NCBI RefSeq assembly: GCF_963921235.1
Contig: NC_086097.1
Span: 36,830,001-36,894,000, forward strand
DNA length: 64,000 bases
Direction: 5' to 3'
Origin: Mobula hypostoma
Lineage: Eukaryota
Positions 1-12,744 of the stretch are shown here, piece after piece. Below the pieces are notes generated by a model. That model did no database searches and was not told the origin of the DNA. It saw nothing but the letters and a program-made list of their open reading frames with translations. Within the stretch, counting starts at the first letter, position 1. Each line of letters opens with the position of its first letter. The position numbers were made by a program, and so were the translations under genes.

Positions 1-480
1 AAAATTGGTTTGATGATAGGTGGCCATCATAGAAGGTTGGTGTCTTCAGATTGGACATCTGCAAACAGCAGTAAACTGCAGGGAGCTGTGCTGGGACCTT
101 TGTTGTTTGCCATATATGTAAATTATTTGTGTGAGAGTGTCCATGGCCTGCTAAGTAAGTTTTCTAATAACACAAAGATTGGCGGAGCTGTAGATAGCAA
201 GACAGGTTGCCCAAGTATACAGTGGGTCATGGATCAGCTGAAAAGTTGAGAGGAGCAATGGCACATGGAGCTTAATCCAGACAATTGTGAGGTGATGCAT
301 TTTGGGTCATCTAATACTTGCAGGACATATTTGGTAAATTGTAGGAATCTTAGAAGTATTAAGGTACAGAGGGACATTGGGGTGCAAGTTCATAGCTCCC
401 TGAAACTGGTGGCACAGATTGATTGGGTAGTGAAGAAAGCATTCAGCTTGCTTGTCTTTACATTTAGGCGTATGGAGCTG
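1..480 (+). mobile_element. Decayed CR1 LINE ORF2 reverse-transcriptase fragment
   Basis: ORFs 10..249 and 265..501 give QGAVLGPLLFAIYVN, SKFSNNTKIGG (degenerate FADD) and CEVMHFG...QRDIGVQVHSSLK, collinear with the CR1 RT at 59104-60219. Confidence 0.9.
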
Positions 481-485
481 GGTTA

Positions 486-1620
486 TCAAAGTGCAAAGTA
501 AATTTATTATGAAACTACATATACTGTGTGTCACCAGGTACAACCCTGAGATTCATTTTCTTGCAGGCATTTAAGGTAAATACAAAGAAACAACAAAAAC
601 AGCAAGATAATAATAAATAAATAAACAATAAATATCAAGAACATGTGATGAAGAGTCCTTGAAAGTGAGTCCATAGGTTGTGGGAACAGTTCAGTGTTGA
701 GGTGAGTGAAGTTGTCCGCTCTGGTTCAAGAGCCTGATGGTTGAGGAATAATAGATGTTCCTGAACCTGGAGGTGTGGGTCCTGAGGCTCCGTTACCCCC
801 TGCCTGATGACAGTAGTGAGAAGGGAGTATGGCCTGGATAGCAGAGATCTCCAATGATTGATGCTACTTTCCTGCGACAGCTCTCCATGTAGATGTGCTC
901 AGTGGTGGGAAGGGCTTTACCCATGACGGACTGGGCTGTATTCACTATTTCATGTGGGATTTTCTGCTCAAGGGCATTGGTGTTTCCATATCAGGCAAAG
1001 ATGCAACCAGTCAACACACTCTCCACCACACATCTATAGAAGTTTCTCAAAGTTTTTGATTATGTGCCGAATCTGTGCGAATCTCTAAAGAAGCAGAGAT
1101 GCTGCCGTACTTTCTTTGTAATTGCACTTGCATGCTGGACCCAGGACAGATCCTCTGAAGTGATGTCACTGAGGAATTTAAAGTTGCTGACCCTCTCCAC
1201 CTCTGATCCTGCATGAGGACTGGCTCGTGGACCTCTGGTTTCCTCCTTCTTAAGTCAATAATAAGCTCCTTGGTCTTGCTGACATCGAGTGAGAGGTGGT
1301 TGTTGTGGCCCAACTCAGACAGATTTTCAATCAGATATGGCCCTTGTGGCTAAAGGGATCAGGGGGTTTGGAGGGAAGGCTGGTGCAGGGTTCTGAGTTG
1401 GATGATCAGCCATGATCATACTGAATGGCGGTGCAGGCTCGAAGGGCCGAATGGCCTACTCCTGCATCTATTTTCTAAGTTTCTATCTCCCACCAAATGT
1501 TGATTCATCACCACCTTTGATTTGGCCAATGACAGTGGTGTTGTCAGCAAATTTAAATAAGGCATTGGAGCTGTACTTAGCCTCATGGTCATAAGCATAA
1601 AGCAAGTAAGTAAGGGGCTA
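486..1620 (-). mobile_element. Rex1/Babar-type LINE 3' part (RT C-terminus + 3' UTR), interrupted by a CR1 tail
   Basis: Minus strand gives FKFADNTTVIGQIKGGDES and NNHLSLDVSKTKELIIDLRRRKPEVHEP; homologous to the plus-strand copy at 28500-29200. Confidence 0.88.
1331..1486 (+). mobile_element. Short CR1 3' end inserted into Rex1
   Basis: Near-identical to 60157-60316; ends in a TTTCTA-type tail; the host Rex1 sequence resumes after it. Confidence 0.9.
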
Positions 1621-2527
1621 ATTGCTGATCACGTATCAGAACTGTCTAGACTTCAGTTACTTGGATATACAGGGCTGTGGCCAAGTGCTAGAAGATGTGA
1701 TTAATACGGATGGTTGCCCACGGGCTGGCATTCATACAGTGGGCTGAGTTGGCCCATTCTCATGCAATAGGATGCTAGGGCTCTATGCCATAGCTTGGGC
1801 AATGCCGATGCCCGCCTCTGATCTTGAGAAAGTGAGTGGGGTTGAAGGAGAAATCGTTAAATGTGTAAACAAGTCCAGCCAGTTAAATGGGGGTGCTGGT
1901 GAAGGAGAACTCATTGGGCGTTGGTTCACAGAAGAACGAGAGGGACCTCGAGCTATCCTGATGTCACATGGGAATGTAGGGGGGTGGGATTCATATGTAC
2001 ATGGCGAAGGCAAACTGATTGTGACCAGGAAATTAGAAAGGTTGAAAATAGAAGGCATCTTTCTGAGAAGAGGCTTGGAAGCCCATGAAGTTATAAGGAA
2101 AATGTGCAAAGTCCATTAAGGCAGAATCTGAGGTCATGATCAAAACTGAGTCCTTGAGGCTGTGAGGGAGCAGGACTAATTGCTGTGTTATGTTCAGCTC
2201 CTGTTTTCTGTTTTCTAGAACTTATGTAGTTTCAATGTTCTACAGGTGGTGGTGAGCTCCCTTGGACTCTCAGGCTTTTGCACATTCAGATTATAGCTGG
2301 CATGAGTACGGTAGTAGATTTGAGATTGGGAGAATGAGCAGAAAACAAGAAGAAGCACTTTGTTGGAAGGAGAAGAAAAAAGGTGTGAAATCGCCTCAGA
2401 CAGAGAATATATTCATATAGGGTGTTAAATGTGTATCAGGTCCCCAGGGTTTCATTCGTATTGCTGTCTGCACCCACTGCCTTCATGACCGTCTGCCCAG
2501 AAGTTTTCCTGGGCCTATATGGATGGG

Positions 2528-2850
2528 CTGGGTACACAGTAGCATAGGGTTAATGTACAGAACTGCTACCCAGAGGTCTGCACTGTAGAGACACAAGTAT
2601 AATCAATCCCACCATGCCATTTGGAGGATTTAGTAATTAAATAAATCTAAAGCACAAATCTGCTACATAATATAATAAATTGCTGTAAGAAATGGACCTA
2701 CTCACCAATGTTCTTTAGGAAAGGAAACCTGATGCCTTACCCAGGTCTGGCCTGATGATAGCTCCAGACCACATTATGATTTGCCCCGAACTACCTTCTG
2801 AAGAGTCCAGACAAGCTAGCCAGTGATGTTCAAATCCTGTGAGAAATTAT
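2528..2850 (+). mobile_element. Old tRNA-derived SINE (putative)
   Basis: Degenerate tRNA-like head, then ggaaaggaaacctgatgccttacccaggtctggcc, a middle domain resembling chondrichthyan SINEs; heavily diverged. Confidence 0.4.
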
Positions 2851-3422
2851 TTATTTCAATAAGTCCCTCTATCTCCAATGGAAAATCTTAACATCCTCTC
2901 CCTGCCTTGTGTTCTCTATTAGAACACAATATTATTAACATTACCATCTGGAGTGGTCTTTTGGCCTTACTTCTCTGTTCATCGAGGTCATGGTCAATCT
3001 TCATCGTCAGCTCCATTTTCCTACACTATTCATAGTCCTTTAATTCCTCCAATGTCCAGAAATGTATCGACCTTGGCTTTAAATGTAAGAAAGTGGCATC
3101 CATCATCAAGGACCCCCAACATCCAAGCCATGCTCTCTTCTTACTGGTGCCATCGGGAAGGAGGTCCCACATCATCAAGTTCAGGAGCAGTTATTTCCCT
3201 TCAACCATCAGGATCCTGTACCAGCGTGGACAACTTCACTCACCTCAACACTGAATTGATTGCAGAACACTGAACACAACCTATGGACTCACTTTCAAGT
3301 GCTCTACAAGTCATGTTCTCAGTTCTACTTTTTGTTTATGTATGTTTTTTTTGCACAATTTGTCTCCTTTTGCACATTGGTAACTTATCTGTCTTTGCTT
3401 TTATGTAGTTTTTCATTAATTC

Positions 3423-3993
3423 ATTAATGGGTGTATGGGGTATCGGGGGGGTAGCACCTCTGGTGGAGGAACATGTCGTGTTCTTTTCAGGGCGGTTAGT
3501 TCACCTTTGGTCCCTACCTGGCACTCAGTTCTCACCTGTGGCTCCCCGTAGCTGTTTGCATGCGACAGCGGCCACAGCCCGGGCAATGGCTTCGACAAGC
3601 CAGCTAAACCAGGTGAAGGTAGCCGATGGGTCTCAAAACCTCGGTGAGATAGGGGGTTGTCTATCCCGGCATGTGAAGACAGATTCCGGCGGATTGAGCA
3701 GACGAGACCAATGGAAGGTCCAACGGTCAAGAAGGCGGTCTCTTGCAAGCATCGTGGAATGTGTAGAGCATGACTAGACACAGAAGACATCCTGGTCATC
3801 CACTGCGCCTAGTACCACTTCCAGCCGTCTCGACTCTTGTCTTGCCACTGGATCCAGATGGGAATTGGGAAGAGAGAGTGAGGCTGACGCTGCGCAACTC
3901 TCCCTCACTTAAATCCAAATCATGCGCTAGTCTCGACACCATCATCATCATAATGGTGTCGAGGTCTTCATCGATGACGACGATGGACAAACA
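3423..3993 (+). mobile_element. RTE-derived non-autonomous retroposon (family A)
   Basis: 9-bp TSD cattaattc (3414-3422/3994-4002); gcatcgtggaatgtg encodes ASWNV, the RTE endonuclease start motif; (GAC/GAT)n-like tail; homologous to 20341-20854. Confidence 0.75.
3429..3616 (+). ncRNA. Candidate HDV-like self-cleaving ribozyme with an L3 hairpin insertion
   Basis: P1/P2/P3/P1.1/P4 elements and a GCUAA J4/2 occur in HDV order (see findings); hand-folded only. Confidence 0.5.
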
Positions 3994-4334
3994 CATTAAT
4001 TCTATTGTACATATTTCTTTGTTCTATTTGAAAGTCTGCAAAAAATTTCAGGGTAGTATATGGTAACGTGTACTTGATAATAAACTTACATTGATTTTTG
4101 AATGGACACAATAACTGATCATCTATCATGGTCCATGGTAGGACATTCAAAAGATACACCATAAAATAAGTAAAGAAATTTCTCCTTGGCTCCATCCTAT
4201 ACAATTTGACCTTTTTCTGACACCGTCACCTCTGGTTCTAGACTCCTTAGCTAGAGGGAAAAAAGGAAATATCCTGTAAGAAATTATTTCCATGAGATCA
4301 TTTTTCATTCTTGCAACTCGTAGAAAATAAAGAT

Positions 4335-4815
4335 CAAAGTAAATTTATTACTGAAGTACATATATGTCACCATATACAACCCTGATGATTCATTTTCTAC
4401 AGGCACTTACAGTAAATCCATAATAGAATAATAACCATAAAACTGCACCAAATGGGCATTCAACCAGTGTCCAGAAGACAACAAACGATGCAAATACAAA
4501 AAGAAATAATAATAATAAATAAATCAGCAATAAATATTGAGAAGGTGAGATAAAAAATCCTCAACAATGAGTCCATAGATTGAGGGAACAGTTCAGTAAT
4601 GGGGCAAGTGAAACTACCCCACTGGCTCAAGAACCTGACGGTTGAGGGGTAATAACTGGTGGTGCAAGTCCTGAGGCTCCTGTACCTTCCTCCTAATGCA
4701 GCAGCGAGAAGAGAGCATGGCCTGGTTACTGGGGGTCCCGGGTGATGGATTCCTGCGACAATGCTTCGTGTAGATGTGCTCAGTGGAGGGATGGCCTTGT
4801 CTTTCCAACCTCTCC
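4335..4815 (-). mobile_element. Rex1-type LINE 3' end
   Basis: Minus ORF HHPG...CSLLAAALGGRYRSLRTCTTSYYPSTVRFL resembles the Rex1 ORF2 C-terminus; 3' UTR matches 486-720. Confidence 0.8.
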
Positions 4816-5619
4816 TCAAGCAAACATGCCCTCCCAGGAATCAGTCTGCTGAATCTTCATTGTACTCCTTCTAGGACAATTATGTCCTTCCTTAGATATG
4901 AAGATGTCTGCCCGATCAGAGTTCCAGGAGCTGCCCAACAGCAATGCACCTTTTAAGTGCAGGCTGGTTTTAATTAGCATCGACTTTAAGTGGTGCTCGC
5001 CAGTCAGGTTATCGAGCCCCCTGCTGAGTATCTGTCCACTGAACAATGTGGTTAGATCTGGCTGAAAGCAGCAAATATATAAATGATCAGACAACAAGGT
5101 GACATTCTGTCTTCATTTAATAAAAGGCACAGGCATTTTAATTGCTGTATCCATTTTTAAGAAGTATTGAATTTAGTCCCACAGCATTCAGAAAACCTGT
5201 AATTGGTAGAATTTCATAGAAGCTTTGCAGAAGTAGTTGTAAAACAAGCTGTGCTATAAGGCACGGCGACTTTTAAAGCCTATTTCTAAATGTTCAGCTT
5301 CACGAGACTGTGTCACATCTAGTTATGTTAGTTGTCAGAAAGTAACATATGATTTCTCTTTAGCACTGCAATCTAATATTTCGTTAAAGAAAGTGAAGGT
5401 GGAAATTTTAACTCCTTACTGCTTAAAGGTATAATTTTGACAGGACATGTAAGAATGCACGAAGACAAGGGCGGATTGACAAATGAACTGCGCCACTCTG
5501 AGCATACTGCAGGCCAAGAAAGAGTAGAAAGATAATTGAGGGTGACGTACCCAGGAAAATTACAAAAAAAGTGCATTAATAACAGAGTAGCTTTGTGTGA
5601 TTAATCTACACCCATTCCA

Positions 5620-7700
5620 ATTATGGTGGATGGTAAATTACCAGTAATAGTCTGCCAAAGGGAATGTAGCAGTTGAGGCAAGAAAAAAGTATTTTGGCAG
5701 CAAGTTCATGGCTGTTTCCTCAATTGAAATGTTGCTGCTCCAATAAGAAAGGAAGGAATACTTGACCTGGTTCTGGGCAATGAGCTTAAATTGAGTGAGT
5801 GACCCAGCAACAGCAGTGAAGTAGTGAATATAATAGAAATCGGATCGCTGTATGAACAGGTTAGTAAAGAGAAAAGTCAAAGTAAAGAGCACTTGGTTAA
5901 AATGGAAAACAAACAAGCATATGAAAAGAGACCCTCTCCAGGTTAAATGGAATCAGCAAATATTTTGTAATTTGAAATAGCTAAACAAGCAGTAGAATGA
6001 CCACAGAAACACATTAAATACAAGAGTTCCACAGTGGAATTAAGTAATTATGTCAAATTCAAATTTAAGATGTAGTTATAGGGCAGATTCTTAAAAAAAA
6101 TGTTGGTACATAGCCAGTAAGTCAAAAGCATACATTCCAAGTCAAAGAATAAGATGTTCTCTGAGGCAAAGAAGATCGATTTTTTAAGGAGGTGAAAGTT
6201 ATTGATGACTGTGGCAGCCTAAGTGAGAAACAGGGAAAATACAACACAAGGGGTCAGAGAGTTCCAGGGGCTTTTGAAATATGGAAGACGGAGACAACTT
6301 AAATATAATGGAGAATTGTAATTCGGTACTCTGTGAACCAAATGCTAATGACGATCAGAAGTGGAGGGAAGAGAGTGTTGGCTGTAGAGTAGGATGCAAG
6401 GTGTTTAAGATAAGTTCGTGTTTATAAAGAATAGAAGATTAGATTAGATTAGATTCAACTTTATTGTCATAGTGCCGAGTACAGATACAAAGCATCTGAC
6501 GGAAGGTTACCAAGAAAAGATTGGAACAGTCAAGACCAGATGCCTAAAAACAAAGATTTGGGGGATGGGGGGTGTTGTTCAGCACTAAATCTGAGCAAGG
6601 CACAGTGACTGGTGGTGCTATTAATATGGAAGGAGATAGTTTTTTGTCATGGAAAGTGTACAAACTCAGGTTCTCAGCTTAGAGTAAAACGGACTGCCAA
6701 GAATGTGCAGGCTCTAATTTAGCCTAAACCAGTGGTTGGAGTGGGATTAATGAAGGTTAGATCACGTCTAACTAATAACAAGGAAGATATGAACAAGGTG
6801 CAGAGGATAAGGACCAGTAATCAGACGATACACAGGACATTCAAAATAGCGAGCAAAAAAACATAGTCATGGAAAAGAGCCACATCTATAGACCAAGACC
6901 CTGAGTGACATGTCCCGCAATTTGATGGTACTGTTTCTGGCAATCCAGCGTATCATTCTACTGATCGAACACTGGAGGGCAGCACCGAACGGAAAGGCCA
7001 GCTCCCAACCGAACACGGTGGCCATGCTACGCCGCCTTCAGAGTCTCCTCAGCTGGACTGCAGCCGTAGGCAGGTCGTTGGCTTGAGGCCTAGTCCTCGC
7101 TGCAAGCGAGGCAACACAACTCCCAAGCAGCCTGTCTGTGGCTCTGAAGCATGTGGTAATTGGTTTAACTCAGAACCTTTTTTGACAACATTAATGACTT
7201 CATGAGCAAAAAAGAAGCAAAATCTTCAGGTTATAGATGACATAAAGTTTAAGACTCATTATATTAAGCTTGGGGAAGGAATCCACAGATAGACATAATC
7301 AAAATGATTGATTAAAACTGAGGTAGATGGAATTCAGAAGTGTGATACACAGGACTGACAACAAAAAGACTGAAATACTTTCAGAGAGACAACCAGTGAG
7401 GAATTGTAGAACACCAAATAATTATGGATCACTATTATTCAAGTCACAAAAGGCTAGTGCTTAGGGACAAAAAAAACCCACAAATGAATTAAGGCTGCCA
7501 TTCTAATGAACTGTGGAATGTGCAGATTTACAAGAAATATCATCAGAGTTTAAAGTAGTAAGTTATGAGGGCAAGCTGATAAACGTGGCTGACTTGTCCT
7601 TTAATCAGGAAAGCTAAGGCAAGATCTAATTGCAATATTTAAATAATGGGTGGATTTGATAGGGCAGATTCAAAAGAGCTGTTTCCTTTGGTAGGATAAA
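5620..7700 (+). mobile_element. Very old, fragmented CR1 LINE with embedded short repeats
   Basis: atacttgacctggttctgggcaatgag encodes ILDLVLGNE (CR1 endonuclease); degenerate RT-like segments at about 7200-7690. Confidence 0.5.
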
Positions 7701-8380
7701 TCAATCTTTCAGAATAACATGACTGTCTTCAACTGCACCAAAGAGGCAACACCGCTCTTTCATTTTAAAAAAGAGGGTCACCTATAGAGGGAACTTCCTA
7801 ATCACCGCCAAGTGATTCCTTCATTTTAGTACACTTTAGAAGTAAAAACATTTTAACCACCTACAAACATAGAGTATAATTCTCCACAAGAATTATGAAG
7901 GGAATCATGCCCTTTCCCTTGCCCTTGCTGCTTTTATGTTGGCTTTCTTTTTGTGTTCAATCCAAGAGGAAACAACTTTACGAACTTTCCTAGATTTACT
8001 AATCATTGTGCCACTCCTTGGTGATAACTTATAATGTATGTGATCTCTCTGTCCTCATCTCCGAATTTTGTTAATGTAGGAGGGGATTTTTGTATGGGCC
8101 GGGATGCGAAGGGGTGGAATAATTGAAGCTGGGAACTCTTAAACTGAGGCGATGCTTCTGTCTCTCTGGAGGTGACTCATTTCCTATTTGAGGAGAAAGT
8201 AGAGCGAGGAACTCCATTTTCTACCATACACAGGCAAGCTATGTTTTGCAAGTTGCCTCATAGCTCAGGAGAAAACAACTGCCATCAGTCTAATGCACAT
8301 CCTGCTAGATGTCCCCTCATAGGTTCATTGGAGACGGAAGGAAAACATACAGGAGGAAGAAGAGGCATGATGCAACGAGA

Positions 8381-8538
8381 ACAACAGGAATTCTGCAGAT
8401 GCTGGAAATTCAAGCAACACACATAACTCTTACTAACTCTTCCTTCAGTTAGTCCCGACGAAGGGTCTCAGCCTGAAATGTCGACTGTACCTCTTCCTAG
8501 AGATGCTGCCTGGCCTGCAGCGTTCACCAGCAACTTTG
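8381..8538. mobile_element. Penelope-derived short element with internal inversion and degenerate hammerhead
   Basis: 14-bp TSD atgatgcaacgaga (8367-8380/8539-8552); pieces match 41672-41820 in opposite orientations. Confidence 0.8.
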
Positions 8539-9769
8539 ATGATGCAACGAGAGCAAGGACATGATGTTTGTAGCCTCATTACTGCAAAGATCAGTTAACA
8601 GCTTCTGGAACTGAGTGGTCCTTTGTGTGCAGCCTTCCAAAATCTTCCAATACCTTTCTTTTAAAGATTAAAGATTAGTGTTATTTGTCACATATAGATC
8701 GAAACACCGAAACAAAAAAAACAGTCCAACGATGTGCAAGCTTTTGGCACCAACATCATATGCCTACAATTTAATAACCCCTCCGTCTATGGAATGTGGA
8801 AGAAAATTGGAGGACCCAGAATAAACCCATGCAGTCCTAGGCAGAATGTACAAACTCATGTTGCTTCCTTGGTTTTTGTTGAAAAAAAAATACATTATCT
8901 TTGGGGTTACTCTCATTGTTCTAATCCAGATCCCATCAGCAAATCGTTATCCAAAACTTGTTGGATGCATGTTCTCACCAGGCTGAAGGAAAAGCAGCTG
9001 TAGATATTTCAGCAAGTCTCAGCCATGAGATAGCATGCACGGCAGTACCACAATTTACTTCCCTCTCCTTATTCCCCAGTACTAAGAGATTGTGCAAAGG
9101 GACACCTGCTGGAAAAAAATAACTCAAGTGTACTGAGGAAGATTGGCTGGTTCACAGCCATGTACTATGCATTAGCAAACATTCAACCACAGCAGTACTA
9201 GCAGTGGTAAATCTGTTGACCAGGATATTCTACCTGTCAAAGTCAATAACACAGCCATCAATACTGGATCAAATAAAGTTGGATTAACCTTTGAATCTCA
9301 TGAGTCTTGAAATGTTTGTAGAAAAGGACTGCTGCATATTTTTATCTGTTTGAATTACACTACCCTCTTTCCTAAGTTTAAAAATGGTGGTTTGGAATGC
9401 TTCACTACTTCCCACGCAATTTAATATTACCAGGAAATGTGAAAAGTGGCTCCCAGTTATTTTGTTTAAGGACAAACTCAACGTCAACTGAGAAACAGAA
9501 CAAGTCAGCAGAAAGTTCTGAAGGACAAGTGCTGGATCAGACATAAACTTATAACAGAAATGAAGAGCTTAATGAAAGGAAGTAGCAAGTTGATAATATA
9601 GGAGATTATTTTTAGTGAACTTTCGGAGATCTCTGATTTAAGATACTACCTGGAAAAGCGGGGAGAATGATGCCACCGGACTAGAGAGAGTATGGCCTCA
9701 TGACTAAGTATTTGGAGTGATCCAATTATAGGAACAAACTGCTCACATCTGTGTGATGGGATCTTTATT

Positions 9770-9910
9770 TTCATAATATTAGTAAGGGTGTCAAAGATTA
9801 CAGGGAGAAGGCAGGAGAATGCGGTTGAGAAGGAAAGTAAACTAGCCATGATCTAATGGCAGAACAGACTCGATTGTCCAAAAGGTCTAGTTCTGTTCCT
9901 AGATCTTACA
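9770..9910 (+). mobile_element. CR1 3' tail fragment
   Basis: agggtgtcaaagattacagggagaaggcaggagaatg...gaacagactcg resembles the other CR1 3' UTRs in the window. Confidence 0.65.
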
Positions 9911-9959
9911 ACCAAAACAATCTAGGCTTAGTAACTGGAAGGCAGGTTTTATATCTGTT

Positions 9960-10130
9960 GCAACACACACAAAATGCTGGAGGAGCTCAGCAGGCCGGGC
10001 AGCATCTATGGAAAAAAATACTGTCGACATTTCGGGCTGAGACCGTTCAGCAGCTGCCTGGCCTGCTGAGTTCCTACAGCATTTGGTGTGCGTTGCTCGA
10101 ATTTCTGGCATCTGCAGATTTTCTCCTGTT
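9960..10130. mobile_element. Penelope-derived fold-back element
   Basis: 44-bp inverted arms 9960-10003/10053-10096 enclose a degenerate hammerhead on the minus strand. Confidence 0.75.
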
Positions 10131-10849
10131 TGTGATTTTATATTTGTTGTTAGTATTAAATTATATGGGGAATCGTAGAAATTTCCAAACTAACACATTT
10201 AAGATGATAGGAGACTTTTGCAACTCAAAGCTGAAAAATGTGAGCCAATGCATTACGGTGAGCTTTTCAAGCCCTACGAGACTCCAAGATATCTGCTTCC
10301 TCCTGCTCTGTCCTCTTGTTAATCCAGTTTTAATTTCTCTATCATTGATGGCTGCTAGGATTTTCTGAGCTCTAAAATTTCCTCTGTGAACTTTTGCCTG
10401 ACTCTTTCCTCCGTCAAGACGTTTAAAGCCTATGGCTTTGACCAGGCTTTTCTTCATCTCCCTTAATATTCAATTTGGTGGCTGGGTGTCAAATTTTGTT
10501 TGATTGTGCTATTGTGAAGCACCTTGGGAGGTTGTTGCTTGGACTGAGGGATTATAGCTATGAAGCGAAACCTGAGAAGCCTGTGCTTTCTTCACCAGAG
10601 GTAAGAAGGTTAAGGAGTGATAGAGGGCTTTGGGTTTGTGATAGATCATGAAGTGTAAACAATGATCAGTTGTTTCCACGGGTTGGCAAGACGACAACAA
10701 CAACAGGGTACACACAAACCTAGGTAATGACTGAGAGTCAGGAAGAGGGAAAGAAATAGAGAAATGGTTGTCAGTGAAAATTCTTCATCTAGAACTTAGA
10801 TTGCAACTTAATTTTGGTGGACTAAAATATGGCTGAGGTTAGACCTCAG

Positions 10850-11600
10850 GGGGTGGGGTGGACATTAGGTAAATAGAACCAGATGGTGGTAGAGACAACG
10901 GCTCAGAGTTAGCAGGTGGAACTAGATAAGGTAGGGATGGTGGGCAGATGGAGCCAGGTGGAGAAAGAAGAGGGAAGAGTGCCGAGAGAGGACAACTGGT
11001 GATCATTGAAACCAAATAAGGGAGGGATGGTGGGCAGATAGAGCCCAAGATGAGAAGGATAGGATAGGTTAACCAAAGGAGGAAGAACCTAGCCGACAAG
11101 CATGTAAGTGATTAACGCTGGGCAGAGACAGTGATGGGTTTAGGAAAAGAGAGGGAGAAGCCAGGTGGAAGTTTTGGAGTGGGAAAAGAACACAGAGGGT
11201 GTACAGTACCCGAGAATGGATAATTCAATATTCATACCCTTGGGTTTGCAGGCTACTCAATGGAATTTAAGGTCTTGTTCTAGTTTGCGCTTGATCCCGC
11301 TGTGGCAGTGGAGAAGGGAGGATGACATGGGAATGGGAAGGAGAGTTGAAATGGCACACAACCATAAGATCTAGATGGTCACCGTGGACAGAGTGCAGTT
11401 GATCTGCCAAATGCTCACTTGGTCTACACTCGGTCTCATTAATGTAGAGGAGGCAAGCACAAGCACAATAGACAAGGTTGCAGGAGGTGCACCTGGAAGA
11501 ACTGTTGAGGTTCCTGAATGGTGGGGAGGGAGCAGGGGTAGGAATAAGTGCTGCACCGCCTGCAGTAGCAAGAGTAAGTGCTGGGTACAGGAAGGGTTCT
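10850..11600 (-). mobile_element. Penelope-like element remnant (GIY-YIG region + pyrimidine-rich 3' region)
   Basis: Minus strand at about 11385-11455 reads CLLYINETECRPSEHLADQLHSV, a decayed LYIGET..RL.DRF.EHL.SV GIY-YIG motif; the downstream part parallels 51840-52300. Confidence 0.7.
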
Positions 11601-12744
11601 CATTAGAAATTTACCTATCTCTGTGGCAGCAACCTCTCTCCATTCACATGGAATCAGAAGGTAGATTCCAAACCTGCTAGAAAATTAATGCTTCATGCCT
11701 GGACTCCATACATCAGAAGAAACAGCAGTAAATACTTCCTAGGAAGTTCAGGAATTTTGCATTCACACATACTTACCTGGTAGTCCAAGCACCCAGCCAC
11801 ATAAGTAGGAAAGTGTTAGCACTTCCATACAGAACTGGCAACTTTTCTTCAGAAAGTATGGACCAACAGCAAACACACATATACTCTCTCTTTGATTGTA
11901 GCCCAATGTACAAAATATTTCCTTTGATTAGACGAGAATTTATTTTAAGGGATGGCACTGAAGGAACATTCTGCTTGTGGATGAATGGAAGAACAATGGT
12001 TCTCTATATCTGTGCCAAAATGAAAATTCCCTTTTCTGCATTGACAGAAAAGCTATTTGAAATGATATGCAAACACTAAAACTGCACCGAGCTCAACCTA
12101 GTTTGTGTTTTCACGGGACACATTGGGCTCTTTCAGTAGATTAAGACAGTTGCATACCTGCATGCTCTTTCATATCTGACACTTTGACTGCACATTGAAT
12201 AACTTCTTTCTCTATCAACACTTTGAGTCAAGTCTGTGACAGCTGTTCCCTTTTCTAGTTTACCAGTGTTTGAGCAAATATCTTGGTTATACGCTTCAAT
12301 TAAAAGTATGAATGTTAAAATCAAAACCAGATTTTTTTCTTTCAAATCGAGGAGTATGCTGGTGTTGATAGAACCACATTGGTATAGTGCGTGCTTTAAC
12401 TCAGCTCCACTTTTTTTCAGAATCAGGACCAGACAAGGTTCTTACTGGAATCCAATCAATGTCTGGTTGACCCTCATCAAGGAACTACTTAAAATGCCAG
12501 ATATAGATCAATGTAAACTTCACCATTTAGACATTGCTCAGGAAACTAGATCACAATGGATGTGCAGTAATCCTGACCTAATTTGCCCGAGGAAATGCAT
12601 GGATAATAAAGGATTGGTAGTGTTATTCTTCCAGACCTAGTTGATTGGAGAATTTCCTGAAGGTGTAATTTTTCTCAGAACTGTAACCTGTTATTGTGAT
12701 CAGTCCATGATAGTCTAGTTTACAATGAAGCTTCTCCATAACTT

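Larger units (their letters stand above)
3085..4100 (+). mobile_element. Rex1-type LINE 3' end split by an RTE-derived insertion
   Basis: ccatcatcaaggacccc...aataaacttacattg matches the Rex1 3' ends at 486-720, 18700-18942 and 36100-36333. Confidence 0.8.

Noticed and set aside
9856..10368. 170-aa plus-strand ORF
   Set aside because: Runs through a CR1 tail and a Penelope fold-back element; chance ORF
11777..12010. Minus-strand exon-like segment with CAG|GTAAGT donor
   Set aside because: Stops in all three frames from the apparent acceptor; at most non-coding
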